DNA of 64,000 bases from a virus (lineage: Duplodnaviria > Caudoviricetes), in the IMG/VR virus record IMGVR_UViG_3300025872_000041, positions 32,001 to 96,000 of that record, one strand, 5' to 3'. A program made the translations under genes and the position numbers. Within the stretch, counting starts at the first letter, position 1. The number at the start of each line of letters is the position of its first letter. This document shows, piece by piece, positions 54,601-61,873 of this stretch. The notes beneath the pieces were generated by a model. The model ran no database searches. It was not told the origin of the DNA and saw only the letters and a program-made list of their open reading frames with translations.

Positions 54601-56295
54601 TCTTTAAATAACGGTATGATCTATGATCAAGTTGCAAGTACATTACCAGAAAGCATGGACAACGTAACTGACGTAGTTAAGAAGTTAAGAGAGTTAAGTC
54701 CTAAGAACTATTTTGTAAATAAATTCTTATTTGCAATTACTGCGGCTAACAAATCTAATAAAGATGGTATTAATAAAGTAGACTTTAATAACTGGACTAA
54801 GTTAAGTAAGTTACAGGTTAATAAAATTCAGTATAGCTTTATGGAGTTATATACTGATGAATTAACCAGACCTTATGCAATTGACTTATTTCATTACTTA
54901 CTTGTTAAAGATGGTGGTCAGTTTAAGTCTGGATCTTTTATTAGGATTATGCCAAACTTTATGTTTGAGATGATTCTTAATTCTTCTAAAGCTGCAGTTA
55001 ATGCATTAAAAGGAAGTGCTGATGATGCTTTTGTTAGAAAGACATTTGGTGCAAATATTAATGAATTGTACAATGAGTTTGTTAGAGGATTTTTACAAAG
55101 TTCTAATACAACGTTCTTTACAAAAACAATTAAAACTAATATTGCTAAGAATAATGAACTTAAAGAATTAAAGAAAGAATTAAAACTTTCAAATGATGTA
55201 CAATCACCAATTACAGTAAATGATAAGGGTATTGAAATTAATGTATTTAAAAATACATCATTTGAGAAAGAGTTAATTCCTTTAGGTGATGTGTCTAACT
55301 ATAAAGGTGATGAGATGATAGTTGACCAGAATGGTAATTATCAGATTGTACAACCTATGATTGCATTACCTGGAGAATCTAGGTTATCTGAAGAAGGTAA
55401 ACAGATTTATAGATATAATTTAAAATTTTTAAGAGCTGCAGGTTTAGTACAAGAAAGTAAAGATGGTAAAACACAAATAGGTTTTCCATTAGTATTTAAA
55501 AGAGTTGAGTATGTTAATTTTGATAAACAGACTACTTTCTATAGATTAAAAACTATAAAGAGAGATAGAGCTAAACAAGAAGAAAACTTAGCTGATCTTA
55601 TTCAACCGGGTGATATGTATGCATTTGGTGTATCTGCACAGTATGAAAAGTTTGATCCAATTGGTTCTAGAAAACAATTTGCTGCGGGCTTTGTAATTCC
55701 TGGAACATTACCTACAAGTAAGAATATCTTTAAAGATAGAAGAAATAAAAATGTAGGTAATAATCCTGGTGCATTACCTGATACTAGTAATATTGATGCA
55801 CTTGTTGAAGCTCAAATAGCTAACATAGAAAAACAGTTAGGTAATGTAGATATCAGTAAAGCTCCAGCTAATGTATCAAGTACTCTAGCTTCTAATGGTA
55901 TTACTGTTAAAACTGAAGGTAAGAAGATTAAATATGAGAAAGATGGTAAACCATTTGAAACCACTGCTAAATCACCTGAAGAATTAGCTAATACTTTAAC
56001 TCCTAAACCTCAAGAACAAACTGAAGAATTTGGAGATATTGATGCTATGATAGCAAGTGCTCCGGCAGCAGCGTTTAATGTATCTATAGGAGCAATTCTT
56101 AAAGCTAAAGCAGAGTACCCAGTACTTAATGAGTTCTATATGAATGAGCTTACAGATGAACAAAAAGAAAAAATAAAACAAGATTTAAATATTACCTCAT
56201 TTGTTAATTTTGTAGAACAGTACAAAGATTACGTAAATACTAGTGGTGGTAATCAAAATAGTTTTGTAGAACAAATAAAAAAATGTTATTTATAA
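42637..56295 (+). CDS. Giant virion-associated DNA-dependent RNA polymerase polyprotein (crAss-like, 4552 aa)
   Basis: Catalytic-loop motif GADFDIDK (52954-52977) preceded by GVRIPSQ, as in phi14:2 gp66-type RNAP; internal zincin HEAFH (48532-48546) with downstream EEYLAD; hydrophobic N-terminal segment. Confidence 0.92.
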   Translation: MEEFDNAIPPLGVEPGLPSNFEGSDAFQASIAPTNEPLISVTDTYAVPGVPVPSAFGSVAVDYDPSNPFDVAKQALTKPITESDVAFETSKEKYFQPGYQQTNFDRYYNDSDNFYKLGFNPLANNEALYNQNRSWYQDLFRAAGGIPSLGLSVVQSGYRSLADMATGDFSMTDETGAREFSQIMAERGSTRGGVSGFASNLVLQSGFVAGIAADYLATEALLAGAVGLSEGMALPAALAASASKTAGTIRSISALFDANTARQAYNTIKAMDVAAIGRGALNVAEATAKNIVPNTFKNVKSFITAESPVLGLANSVRGVADFVRDMKQISYATAEASMEGGGVKNDFIDKHINQYITENGVYPDQDVLNKIYEKASDAGFTTGMINAPLILLTNNITFDNLYKGRKSTLGKTASGIVEESKLTGKTLRFSERTGQFETMGIRQSFAESIRGLKTPKTYMQFAGGYFSKNLSEGLQEISQEIISGASTDYYERLYDTPEAGGVVAYLADAYDNLKDQASAQGIEVFASGFLMGGLTGISTAVANRAYGSSKNIIGKIAQAKNPEEYRKAVEEESARFNKIADELNDAINNGNKVLALDIDNLLLQIRGGTDMVNARKSFDEKAFHDIKDITRFNSIYTALQTDKYDFLIKKLQDMQQMTGAELKEAFSLADDVTDDEAKKVLDITIDRAGQIKDQYEQFSAFKNPFNPNTYRSANTPESIIGFINELQSYKGFEEARKTAVFSLHGLEQAKTRMADLTKQMSSIGGVADLGYSDVTATLSIAGIDNEINLLTAEIESSKDITDPGLIEINDNKKKKLKALESLKTNLARVENINDPVEVRKTSYLKKAFNDYMKVLLDEKGTELSPADLNEAYRIFTDYYALNYDKTNFNKVLADLYDPNNFIKLAERERTLVVARDKRRAEFFKKAFKKYAETSKIGIFLKALATGGFVIDLKYLKALDTNTFDELKELILNDPDIKFRDLNSNKLFGKEDPRFQNIKSFVSDFEVKTKAEVKQTPSDTSKPKEASQFSTDTTEEEEELGSEDITDVSEFTQTIVRRAYDDYLKALKEADIPVSFEEFATSKKAVSIINALTELEAAYDAITETKPEFTEWLRVNARTPVVFDVLDKNGVTFSDIFIQQRDENQYITTALEEGESIVSSGYNGVFITKLVGSIEGGEGVDIYFVKLNDGTMAIDATNKPDELIDFEIDIYTSLEKAQKAQKAIGDYLANNKKQFVFDNTPLVNGQIISDNKNNEYVVLSYPSEIAAGSNLKLKNLKTGAILTTKSFTGFKLERVPVEKKEYASRFDSTSVLDRAWGKRMENESQKDATARLSNLLRDTPIEELLSGLSIRFTNLNKSPERYDYLRLPDQKENQSFGLFTDSYAIALVFNGEEIGYLPNPTSFQFLDVNGNPISYDRINADRVKQAFYLKNGRYNQAVADIKASYKNKIALLNYLKSKLGKNTSVEIPYSDLKKVANINIGLGSYEFLSRDEERPKFSGLTYNTINGGIYVIDRKNKYKNGSIVTVEGSPITDIDPDLLESTIKEVDAARYKNGYDTLLNYGRYVAVVKLPNGKVRFVELTTPELSSEELNTLAASIKERIELTKKENIDDEGKPLAQEYNDVWNEDNIGSKLFISLPLKDRGKFLDIYVSPNGSLVLDFVNKNSRADKITRKKIINDPQFNTFSELLTLLNTAIKEHDADVKLPANKMDIVLTGRSFKATLPMNIDTLQVLDMEASVGVNVVKDVSVYVDMLEPASDVQAQPLLPKTPDDVLDIDTSNIDFSSAPPDANINPELLRGVAPVQVSSGDALSKVLAAQKSIPQQIKQLQAEADTKTDEVKKVLLAQRVAEKGELTTADKKEIRTKAENSPEVLAIKAQIKILTDSLALKAVNTGYTESDVTNLTEFLTWVQNNLPDFVTVEDLNTLKNNLYKDGKTVGAFVSSLSNIAGNVEVNGTIYTSASSPFKYHEAFHAVFRLLLNDAQISRYLTIAKKELRDQLRKEGKSFSLAKEEMRLLNPLYAAMSESQLEERMYEEYLADKFDAWKLNKKTETSHVNKSLFAKIVELIKKIFSRFTKNELNSLFDNIDAGKYRNSKVVTNRFTNSPFDISEPVLKAIKIGTDIIEDSTFSAEGEVNYIRVDKYLPEQEGTRLAATVAALYNNKLKDADKQTNTDELLDSVLDSYEELYDPELDQYVDLDTATFNKLKEYKAIFSKTENREILKEAVREHLAILSIKETNEQDASDDTIDELGERGKQNYTEGAASVGGFGSLSKFLRSWISTITYQAADEFGNVQFLDGTPYIQSVDGSTVYNGILKAIAGTEDIEEVLLKLNLYKERNFESGKVIEEFFIQTGVTFDEEGNLDLSNIKNSYLFQSFTKGFGQYAIDYLFINKDLKKEIANIISANRKDSGKVQFDQWSQAYSNAYESKLTPELKAKAKVVLTKIMGAMAPTKKYTDDELIQLTNKLSVELMEVLGISLSGMYLSYSIASIINNLTPQQIKLFKIYSNVTPITRGDIDALYGLVDSEENPFINIQYETTVDAETGEVTQETEVLEGGATTRLYNMAKANAIFDESVYATSWKNAEGQLVYVHQLPSYHLVKINEIKKVGGIEDLLKDPFLANNYLLNDPNFLASLDLLTVKRIDGQKVSSLNETEDGDVIENKQLEVNRREGTTYGSFTPEEFIVSLLDLYSAGDVQERNKVKFGISTHLIRVLEASSTGNVINLPVIKAAAKVSGKNTLTKQAQDALLGFVEQEYNRIQRVANGEFTDEIYDFNTGKMRGLTLFKTGKLISEDLKNELEAQAQENLPISEQQKAQIKKEMTQSMLNDVNFLITLLDEDNILQVEDGKVTKSALASFVTKGFTNKDKKKSTDKTKNSIFNLAKDDYRYNLLQIYVNDFINTTAINQLMHGDHAISFKDAVDEIKRAKGSNATGSNIEAVITDEKLGIKHAFKTAHVVTISDPLFQAKYAGGKGEKANAQMWMSVKALRYTLFGLGKLSPIQAELLNKIENGETVTGDFFFGDEKHKGAVSFDAATNSIKLVYFDGQTYIKTSGFVLTKEFTSYGKNFDQALPGKEPLHNLRKTLEAYEANKETVSLAIPVSASKGKKINVASDVNSITDANFIETSTKYWRLQLENPSNKIIITDTTQIKTILTAEQDDETLVNFMGTDISVGDLKKIYQNASINRVKINYIGKRNAIFTLDSGLEEVKKSIAAGTVTPKLAAFQKYAIETLKSSAGDAQMIEFFELDEQGEPKYDLNSPITIDKFVELFLSYFSKGVLSEKVPGHAVALVSDYGVKQLKKVLELDENGQPKRWEIVRVEEFKLNPSKYGTPKTQADLENRTFNDLQVGDYYVDDLRHNVPEYDENGNITGYFTEFIMPAHFKELLSFIKPGDKIPDAVAKMFGVRIPSQDKHSAVALKLVDFMPVYYGSSAVFPQELIEISGADFDIDKLYIAIQEWLVENGKFVAYGSGTTKTEKFNQFVKYQFSKNKEFRKIYNDYYKAFEKEAKEFKEYAADYLDELDIIDENATTLDFNKKEIIQAALQYLNLPSTADEYNTKVEKLGYEPYQGALNNVIVNGRIALLNNSAMVTAKEGEIPKAFQVATVQPLIDIVKSFTEQFPELKDQLEEGKYNIDTLLGKYYAFRNNKEGARNIGPAVNSLLVYSLLNANNIDIRKASTYTDETGEKIDLTNLRFKLNGKEFDTYSETKAYDPKTGKYDGKRIADILSALVSAMTDNAKERLAAKLNLNIDSLGVVANMVAQGVSLEDSLLFINQPAIRKFYKTLRTNKSSYATDAERKTGKNTIIKNLIEGYDVKEIPTNITTEDLIAGIKRNTPEIQVYVLNSFKTLNLQADTFMNISAVLKVNKGLPKDLTEFDEIYDKAVDLGLEMTDKEFETSSIPFDIRPLLRNQNTTFGFNFTVYREIRSLTGSVMLNRTPVVNRMRDIVLANTEVNFRDRQNFKKSLDQNLISFFAIKAYLNILNKGGYKRALASLNNGMIYDQVASTLPESMDNVTDVVKKLRELSPKNYFVNKFLFAITAANKSNKDGINKVDFNNWTKLSKLQVNKIQYSFMELYTDELTRPYAIDLFHYLLVKDGGQFKSGSFIRIMPNFMFEMILNSSKAAVNALKGSADDAFVRKTFGANINELYNEFVRGFLQSSNTTFFTKTIKTNIAKNNELKELKKELKLSNDVQSPITVNDKGIEINVFKNTSFEKELIPLGDVSNYKGDEMIVDQNGNYQIVQPMIALPGESRLSEEGKQIYRYNLKFLRAAGLVQESKDGKTQIGFPLVFKRVEYVNFDKQTTFYRLKTIKRDRAKQEENLADLIQPGDMYAFGVSAQYEKFDPIGSRKQFAAGFVIPGTLPTSKNIFKDRRNKNVGNNPGALPDTSNIDALVEAQIANIEKQLGNVDISKAPANVSSTLASNGITVKTEGKKIKYEKDGKPFETTAKSPEELANTLTPKPQEQTEEFGDIDAMIASAPAAAFNVSIGAILKAKAEYPVLNEFYMNELTDEQKEKIKQDLNITSFVNFVEQYKDYVNTSGGNQNSFVEQIKKCYL

Positions 56296-56298
56296 GAG

Positions 56299-59200
56299 AT
56301 GGCTTGTCATAATAGAAACTTACCAGAATATAAAGCCCTGATGGGTGTATACAATAACAATCTTATTGTAGATAGTATTATTGATAACTATCAACTCAAA
56401 GAAAATACAGACAACTTTCCAAGTATTGCAGAGGCAGAAGATATTGTAAAAGCTAATCAAGTAAAGTTTAGTCTCAAAAAAAAACAATATGCTGATGCAG
56501 TGATAGGAAATCTAAGACAGAGAAGAATGATTTCCTCTGTTACTATAGATGGTAAACTTAGATACTTTGTTACTGGTACTATAGAAGGTATGCGGGAAAT
56601 AGATCCTGCTGTTCTTAGAAATAATAAACAAAGAATTATTAACTACCTAAACTATAACAGAGTACCGGCTGAAACATATGATTTTAGAACTACAGAGAAT
56701 AGTATAGAGTTCATCATTAAAGAAAACATGTTTACTCCAGTTGATGTAATTGGAGAATCTGAGAATACTAATAATGCTATTGATGTACTAGAATACTTAT
56801 CTGCTGTTTTACCAGATGTAAGTTATGAGATTGTAACTGTAGAAGAAGCTAAAAAGATCTATGATAAGTTACCAGTTAAACCGAATTTAAACTTTGATAA
56901 GATTAAGAGTTTTTATTATCAGAACACAGCATACATAATTAAAAGTAGAGTTACTACCGAGACAGCCATTGAAGAGATGCTGCACCCTGTAGTAGATGCT
57001 TTATTTGTAGGTAGACCTGATATTTTTGGTAAATTACTTATTGAAGCTAGACAAGCATTTCCTGTTTTAACACAGCAGATTAAAGATAGTTATACCGGAC
57101 AAAAGGGATTCTTTGAGAAGTACAGAGATGTGGAGTTAGTAACTCAAGCATTAACTAGACACTTTAAAAAAGAATATGAGAATCAACCAGGTAACTCTTT
57201 TAAAAGTGCCATTAGAGAATTTATAGAATGGTTTGCAGAATTAGTTAATGATATCTATAAAGCAATTACAGGAAATGAATTAAATATTAGTGCACAAGAT
57301 TTAAAAGAAAACGTTACACTTACTGATATTGCTAAGTTATTAAATACTAAAGAGTTAAGATTTAGCACAGGACCTATTGCAAGTAATGTTCAGGCTACAG
57401 TTAAATTAAGTATTGATAAGAATGATCCTGAGTATATCAGAAAAGAGGCCAGTAAAAAAGCTGCTAAGAATAGAGCAGTAAATAATTTACAGAGAGATAT
57501 AGTAGATGTTCTATATAATACTCCAATGTTCTTAGATGAAGAAACACATACATATACCAATCTAGAAACCGGAGAAGAATATAAGTCTATGACCTCCGCT
57601 ATTAAAGGTGGTCTTAATGATCCAGATAATCTATATGAAATGAATAGATTATTTGGTAAAGACTTTGACAAGATTCTTCAAGATATTATAGATGGTAAAA
57701 CATTTGATGAGGCGCTAGAAAGTGTAACTGTATTAGATCCGGCTTTAGCTGAGGATGCATATGATTCACTTAGTGCATATGTAGCTACTCTTACATTAGA
57801 TGGTTCTGTAATTTTACCACAAGTTATTCTTGCTGATGATCAATCTAAAATTGCCGGCTCATTAGATATCCTTATTATTAAACCAGATGGGTCATTGTAT
57901 ATTGTAGATTTAAAAGTATCCAAGACAAGTATAAAAGATCCCGGTTATTATGAGATTGCATATCCTACAAATGAAGGTTCTTTACTACAGGGACAAAGAT
58001 TAACTACTAAGCAACAGCAAAGTATCCAAGTAATGGGTTATGCTAAGCTAGCTAATATCAATGGTTTCCCAGTATCTGGTGTATCTACGTATCATTATAA
58101 CTTAGATATAGAAGGTAAGGGTAAAGACCAAAAGGTAAAGAGCTTTAGAGTAGAAGGAGTAGTGCAGCATAATGAGACAGAAAACTTAACTTATGTAGAT
58201 AGAATTATTCCTACAGATCCTTTTAAGAATACTCTTAATGACTTAAAGATAAAGAACGGTTACAACGTAACTAATGATCCTAATTTTATAAGTCCTGAAG
58301 ATGAGAAATCAGAAGTGGGCCTAACTGATGAGCAATATACAAATGTTGCTTTATTTATGAAGGATGTGGTTTCACAGTTAGTAAAACGTAATGATGCCTT
58401 ACAAAGTATTATTGATTCATCTAAACAGATTAAACCTAAAAAACAAACTGTAGATAAAATTAATAGTCTAATTGCTATACTTAGTACAGAGATTAATAGC
58501 GGTAAAGCAGATATAGCATTAGGAAGATTCTTAAATAGTTCTAAAGAAGAGTTGGAAAACTTTATTAAGTATGCCTCTAATCCTAAGTCAGTATCTAAAG
58601 AAGATTATATTTCTGTAGTACTTATGTTTAGTAAGTTTATGGAAACCTATAGAGGTATCCGTAATCTTAGTTTAAGTAATGTTGTTAATCCCGGTCAAAG
58701 AGAGATTGCAATTGCAGTAACAGATTTATTAAACATTGCTGATAGTACAATTGATCAAGCTATAGAAAATTTTACTATTAATTTTATTAGAACCAATTCT
58801 ACTAGAAACTTTACAGAAGAAGATTTAAAAAACATCATCAAAGAAACTACAGATATTTCTATGGCTGATGCACAGCTTGGTGATTTAGCAACTAGTACAG
58901 ATACTATCTTAGCTCTTATTGATAAAGTATATAAGAGAGAAAAACAAAAGATTGAAGATGATGTACAAGAGTTTAGTGAAAGAGCAATTACTTTAGGTAA
59001 TAGATTAGCTTCATTATCTGGCGGAGCACCTAACTATGATTTTATGTTGGTGTATGATAAAGATGGAAAATTTACCGGTAGATATGTACAAAAGATTGGT
59101 TATCAATACTATAAGAAGTTCTATGAGTTAAGAAATAAACTTGTAGACAATAATGGTAACTGGTTAGAATATATAAACATACCTAATTTAGATGACGCTA

Positions 59201-61587
59201 AAGTTGAAGATATTAAGTTTAACCAAGAACTTTTCTTAAATAGACAAGCTTATAGTGAGTTTACTAGAGCTGAAAAAATAGTTAATAATAAACCAGAAGA
59301 TGGTGACTATCATAAATACACCGATGACTTTAAAAAGATCCGGGATAAGTATGAAGAGTATAGAAACTATAGCTGGAGAAAAAAACGTGGTGTATCAGAT
59401 GCAGAATATGCAGCTTATAAGAATAAATACTATAACTATTCTGAGTATGTAACTGCACAAAAAGAGAAAGATGGTAGTTATTTTGGTGCTACTACAGTTA
59501 GAAAAGGATGGTTTGTAAAGCCAGAGTTTAAAGAAGTGCGTGACATTGCTAGTACAGGTGAAAATATGCTTGATGAAAAGTATATCAAGATTATGAATCC
59601 TACTACAGAACTAGAGAGAGCACAGAAAGATTTCTATGATTTTTGGTTACAAGAATTTGAAAACGGAGCTCTTAAGATGTTACCTCCTTCAGTTAAGAGA
59701 GACATGACTGGTAAGTTACCAAGACAAAAACAAAACTTCTTAAATAAATTAAAAGAGAATCCTGCAAGCGCTACTACACTTTTAACTAAATCTATATCTA
59801 CCTGGTTTAAAAGCTTTACAGATGCGGGTTATCAGAAGGTAGTTCTTACAGATGAGGAGGGTAATGTTATTGAAACACCTCCTATTTTCTTTACAGGTAA
59901 GCTTAAAAGTCAGTTCACTATAGATAAGATTAAATCTGAGATAGAAGCATTACAAACTGAGTTTAGAGATGGTAAAGTATCTACAACTAAGTACAGAGAG
60001 AAGTTAAAAGAGTTAGAGCAGCAACTTAAAAGAAATGAAGCAATGCTTAGTAAAGATGAACTTAACACTGATCTGGTAGATAGTTTAATTAAGTTTAGAG
60101 CAATGGCTTCTAACTACCAACACTTAAGTAATGCTGAAGATACAATCTTTGCATTAAAGAGAGTTGTTGAGAATAGAGAATATGTACAATCTCAAAATGT
60201 ATTGGTGCGTACATCTACAGGTACAAAGGCTAAAACTGTATCAGGATCAGAGAGTAGAACAGCTACTAGATTAAAGAAATGGTTAAAGATGGTTTATTAT
60301 CAAGAGCAAGAGTTTGATAAAACTACTGCAGATAATATAATAAACAAGATACTTAATGCAACATCATTATCATATGTAGGATTTAACATCTTTGGTAATA
60401 TAAATAACTATGCTATGGGTAGAATAAACAACGGTATAGAAACCGGTGGTGGTTTATTCTATGATAAGAAAGCTATGCTTAGAGCTGTAGGTGTTTACAA
60501 TAGTGAATATTTACCTGGAACATTTAAAGGTTTAGCTACAAGTAAAGGTTACTATGGTGAAAAAGATCCTCAATCTAAATATGAAGCATTACTTTATCTA
60601 TATAGAATGGTAGATAGTGTGGCTCAAAGAGAGGTACAACAGAAAGGTGGTTTAATGGAATGGGGCTATGTTTTACAAGATGCTGCGGAAACAAACGTAC
60701 AGAGTAAAGTAGGTATGGCTATTCTTATGTCTAAGCAAATTATAAATGATAAAGGTGAATCTCTTTCTATATATGATGCTTATGACTTTGATCCTAATAC
60801 TGGTAAGTTATCTTTAAAGCCTGGATTTGAGTTATCAGATAATGAACGTTATGATATTAGAAATAATATTCGTGAAGTAAACAAACAGATTCATGGTAAC
60901 TATTCTTCTGAAGATAGAGCTGCTTTACAAGATTATAGTATTGGTAAACTTGTATTTCAGTTTCACAAGTGGGTATATCCAGCATTTAAAGCAAGATTTA
61001 AAAGAGAGTACTATGATGAAAACTTAGGTTGGATTGAAGGAAGATACCGGACATTTGCTAATTTTATGGCACATATTAAATCTGCCAGAGGTGATATCTT
61101 TACTAGGATAAGAGATGCAAAAGAAAGTTTAAGAGAAGATCAAGTTAAAAACTTAAATCGTATAGCAACTGAGCTCACATTTATCTTATCTTCATTTGCA
61201 ATTGCTCATATCATATCTTCATTAATTGCAGGTATGGACTTTGATGATGATGATAAAGAGCTTAAGAGATTATTAAATGCTATGGCTTATCAAGCAGATA
61301 GACAGACTTCAGAATTAACAAGTTTTATTAGTCCAACTAATGCCTATATGTTAATGAAGAGCCCTATTGCATCATCTAAATTATTAGGTGAATTAGGAGA
61401 AGCTGTAGGAGATACATTTGCTTTTCCTTATAACTATGCCTTTGATGAAGAAAGTTTGTATTACAAACAAGGTGCTAGAAAAGGTGAGTTAAAACTTAAT
61501 AAACAATGGTCAGATGCATTACCTGTTCTTTATACTATTAACAGGTGGCAGTCATATGATAATGTTACAGACTTCTATGTAAAATAA
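56299..61587 (+). CDS. Large cargo protein with a degenerate zincin and a PD-(D/E)XK nuclease domain
   Basis: IEEMLHP (HExxH variant, 56968-56988); IAGSLDIL...IVDLK...QVMGY (57850-58041); helical C-terminus with GWIEGRYRT and hydrophobic helices. Confidence 0.75.
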   Translation: MACHNRNLPEYKALMGVYNNNLIVDSIIDNYQLKENTDNFPSIAEAEDIVKANQVKFSLKKKQYADAVIGNLRQRRMISSVTIDGKLRYFVTGTIEGMREIDPAVLRNNKQRIINYLNYNRVPAETYDFRTTENSIEFIIKENMFTPVDVIGESENTNNAIDVLEYLSAVLPDVSYEIVTVEEAKKIYDKLPVKPNLNFDKIKSFYYQNTAYIIKSRVTTETAIEEMLHPVVDALFVGRPDIFGKLLIEARQAFPVLTQQIKDSYTGQKGFFEKYRDVELVTQALTRHFKKEYENQPGNSFKSAIREFIEWFAELVNDIYKAITGNELNISAQDLKENVTLTDIAKLLNTKELRFSTGPIASNVQATVKLSIDKNDPEYIRKEASKKAAKNRAVNNLQRDIVDVLYNTPMFLDEETHTYTNLETGEEYKSMTSAIKGGLNDPDNLYEMNRLFGKDFDKILQDIIDGKTFDEALESVTVLDPALAEDAYDSLSAYVATLTLDGSVILPQVILADDQSKIAGSLDILIIKPDGSLYIVDLKVSKTSIKDPGYYEIAYPTNEGSLLQGQRLTTKQQQSIQVMGYAKLANINGFPVSGVSTYHYNLDIEGKGKDQKVKSFRVEGVVQHNETENLTYVDRIIPTDPFKNTLNDLKIKNGYNVTNDPNFISPEDEKSEVGLTDEQYTNVALFMKDVVSQLVKRNDALQSIIDSSKQIKPKKQTVDKINSLIAILSTEINSGKADIALGRFLNSSKEELENFIKYASNPKSVSKEDYISVVLMFSKFMETYRGIRNLSLSNVVNPGQREIAIAVTDLLNIADSTIDQAIENFTINFIRTNSTRNFTEEDLKNIIKETTDISMADAQLGDLATSTDTILALIDKVYKREKQKIEDDVQEFSERAITLGNRLASLSGGAPNYDFMLVYDKDGKFTGRYVQKIGYQYYKKFYELRNKLVDNNGNWLEYINIPNLDDAKVEDIKFNQELFLNRQAYSEFTRAEKIVNNKPEDGDYHKYTDDFKKIRDKYEEYRNYSWRKKRGVSDAEYAAYKNKYYNYSEYVTAQKEKDGSYFGATTVRKGWFVKPEFKEVRDIASTGENMLDEKYIKIMNPTTELERAQKDFYDFWLQEFENGALKMLPPSVKRDMTGKLPRQKQNFLNKLKENPASATTLLTKSISTWFKSFTDAGYQKVVLTDEEGNVIETPPIFFTGKLKSQFTIDKIKSEIEALQTEFRDGKVSTTKYREKLKELEQQLKRNEAMLSKDELNTDLVDSLIKFRAMASNYQHLSNAEDTIFALKRVVENREYVQSQNVLVRTSTGTKAKTVSGSESRTATRLKKWLKMVYYQEQEFDKTTADNIINKILNATSLSYVGFNIFGNINNYAMGRINNGIETGGGLFYDKKAMLRAVGVYNSEYLPGTFKGLATSKGYYGEKDPQSKYEALLYLYRMVDSVAQREVQQKGGLMEWGYVLQDAAETNVQSKVGMAILMSKQIINDKGESLSIYDAYDFDPNTGKLSLKPGFELSDNERYDIRNNIREVNKQIHGNYSSEDRAALQDYSIGKLVFQFHKWVYPAFKARFKREYYDENLGWIEGRYRTFANFMAHIKSARGDIFTRIRDAKESLREDQVKNLNRIATELTFILSSFAIAHIISSLIAGMDFDDDDKELKRLLNAMAYQADRQTSELTSFISPTNAYMLMKSPIASSKLLGELGEAVGDTFAFPYNYAFDEESLYYKQGARKGELKLNKQWSDALPVLYTINRWQSYDNVTDFYVK

Positions 61588-61588
61588 T

Positions 61589-61604
61589 GGGGGATTTCTC
61601 CCCC
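61589..61604. terminator. Hairpin between convergent genes, likely a bidirectional terminator
   Basis: GGGGGA-TTTC-TCCCCC flanked by the complementary GTAAAAT / ATTTTAC. Confidence 0.7.
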
Positions 61605-61610
61605 TACATT

Positions 61611-61766
61611 TTACTTGTGAGTAAATAGTATTGATACCGTAACAAAAATTATCCCAAAAGATAATCTTGTTGCTTCAATCATTTTACCATTATCCTCATA
61701 GTTGAGGACATCTACATTTACTCCTAAGAGTACATCTTGTTTTGGAAGGAAGTTTATACCTATCAT
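61611..61766 (-). CDS. Small 51-aa protein with a hydrophobic C-terminus (not in the ORF track)
   Basis: Hand translation gives MIGINFLPKQDVLLGVNVDVLNYEDNGKMIEATRLSFGIIFVTVSILFTHK*. It fills the intergenic gap, with a -7 promoter element upstream and a terminator downstream. Confidence 0.7.
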   Translation of the reverse strand: MIGINFLPKQDVLLGVNVDVLNYEDNGKMIEATRLSFGIIFVTVSILFTHK

Positions 61767-61778
61767 ATGTATGTTATT

Positions 61779-61786
61779 CAAATCTA
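61779..61786 (-). promoter_or_regulatory. Bacteroidota -7 element TAGATTTG on the minus strand
   Basis: Reverse complement of CAAATCTA, 12 nt upstream of the minus-strand ATG; no clear -33 element. Confidence 0.55.
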
Positions 61787-61873
61787 ATTAATTTTCACTA
61801 TATTATATATGTAGTACCCTAAAAACCATCTAGGGCTGCATCCCGAATCAACTGCGGTAAAAAATAATACCGT

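Noticed and set aside
42637-61587. Inteins in the giant ORFs
   Set aside because: I noticed no C/S-start...HN-C/S/T splice junction pairs or LAGLIDADG blocks; a profile search would be needed to exclude them fully.
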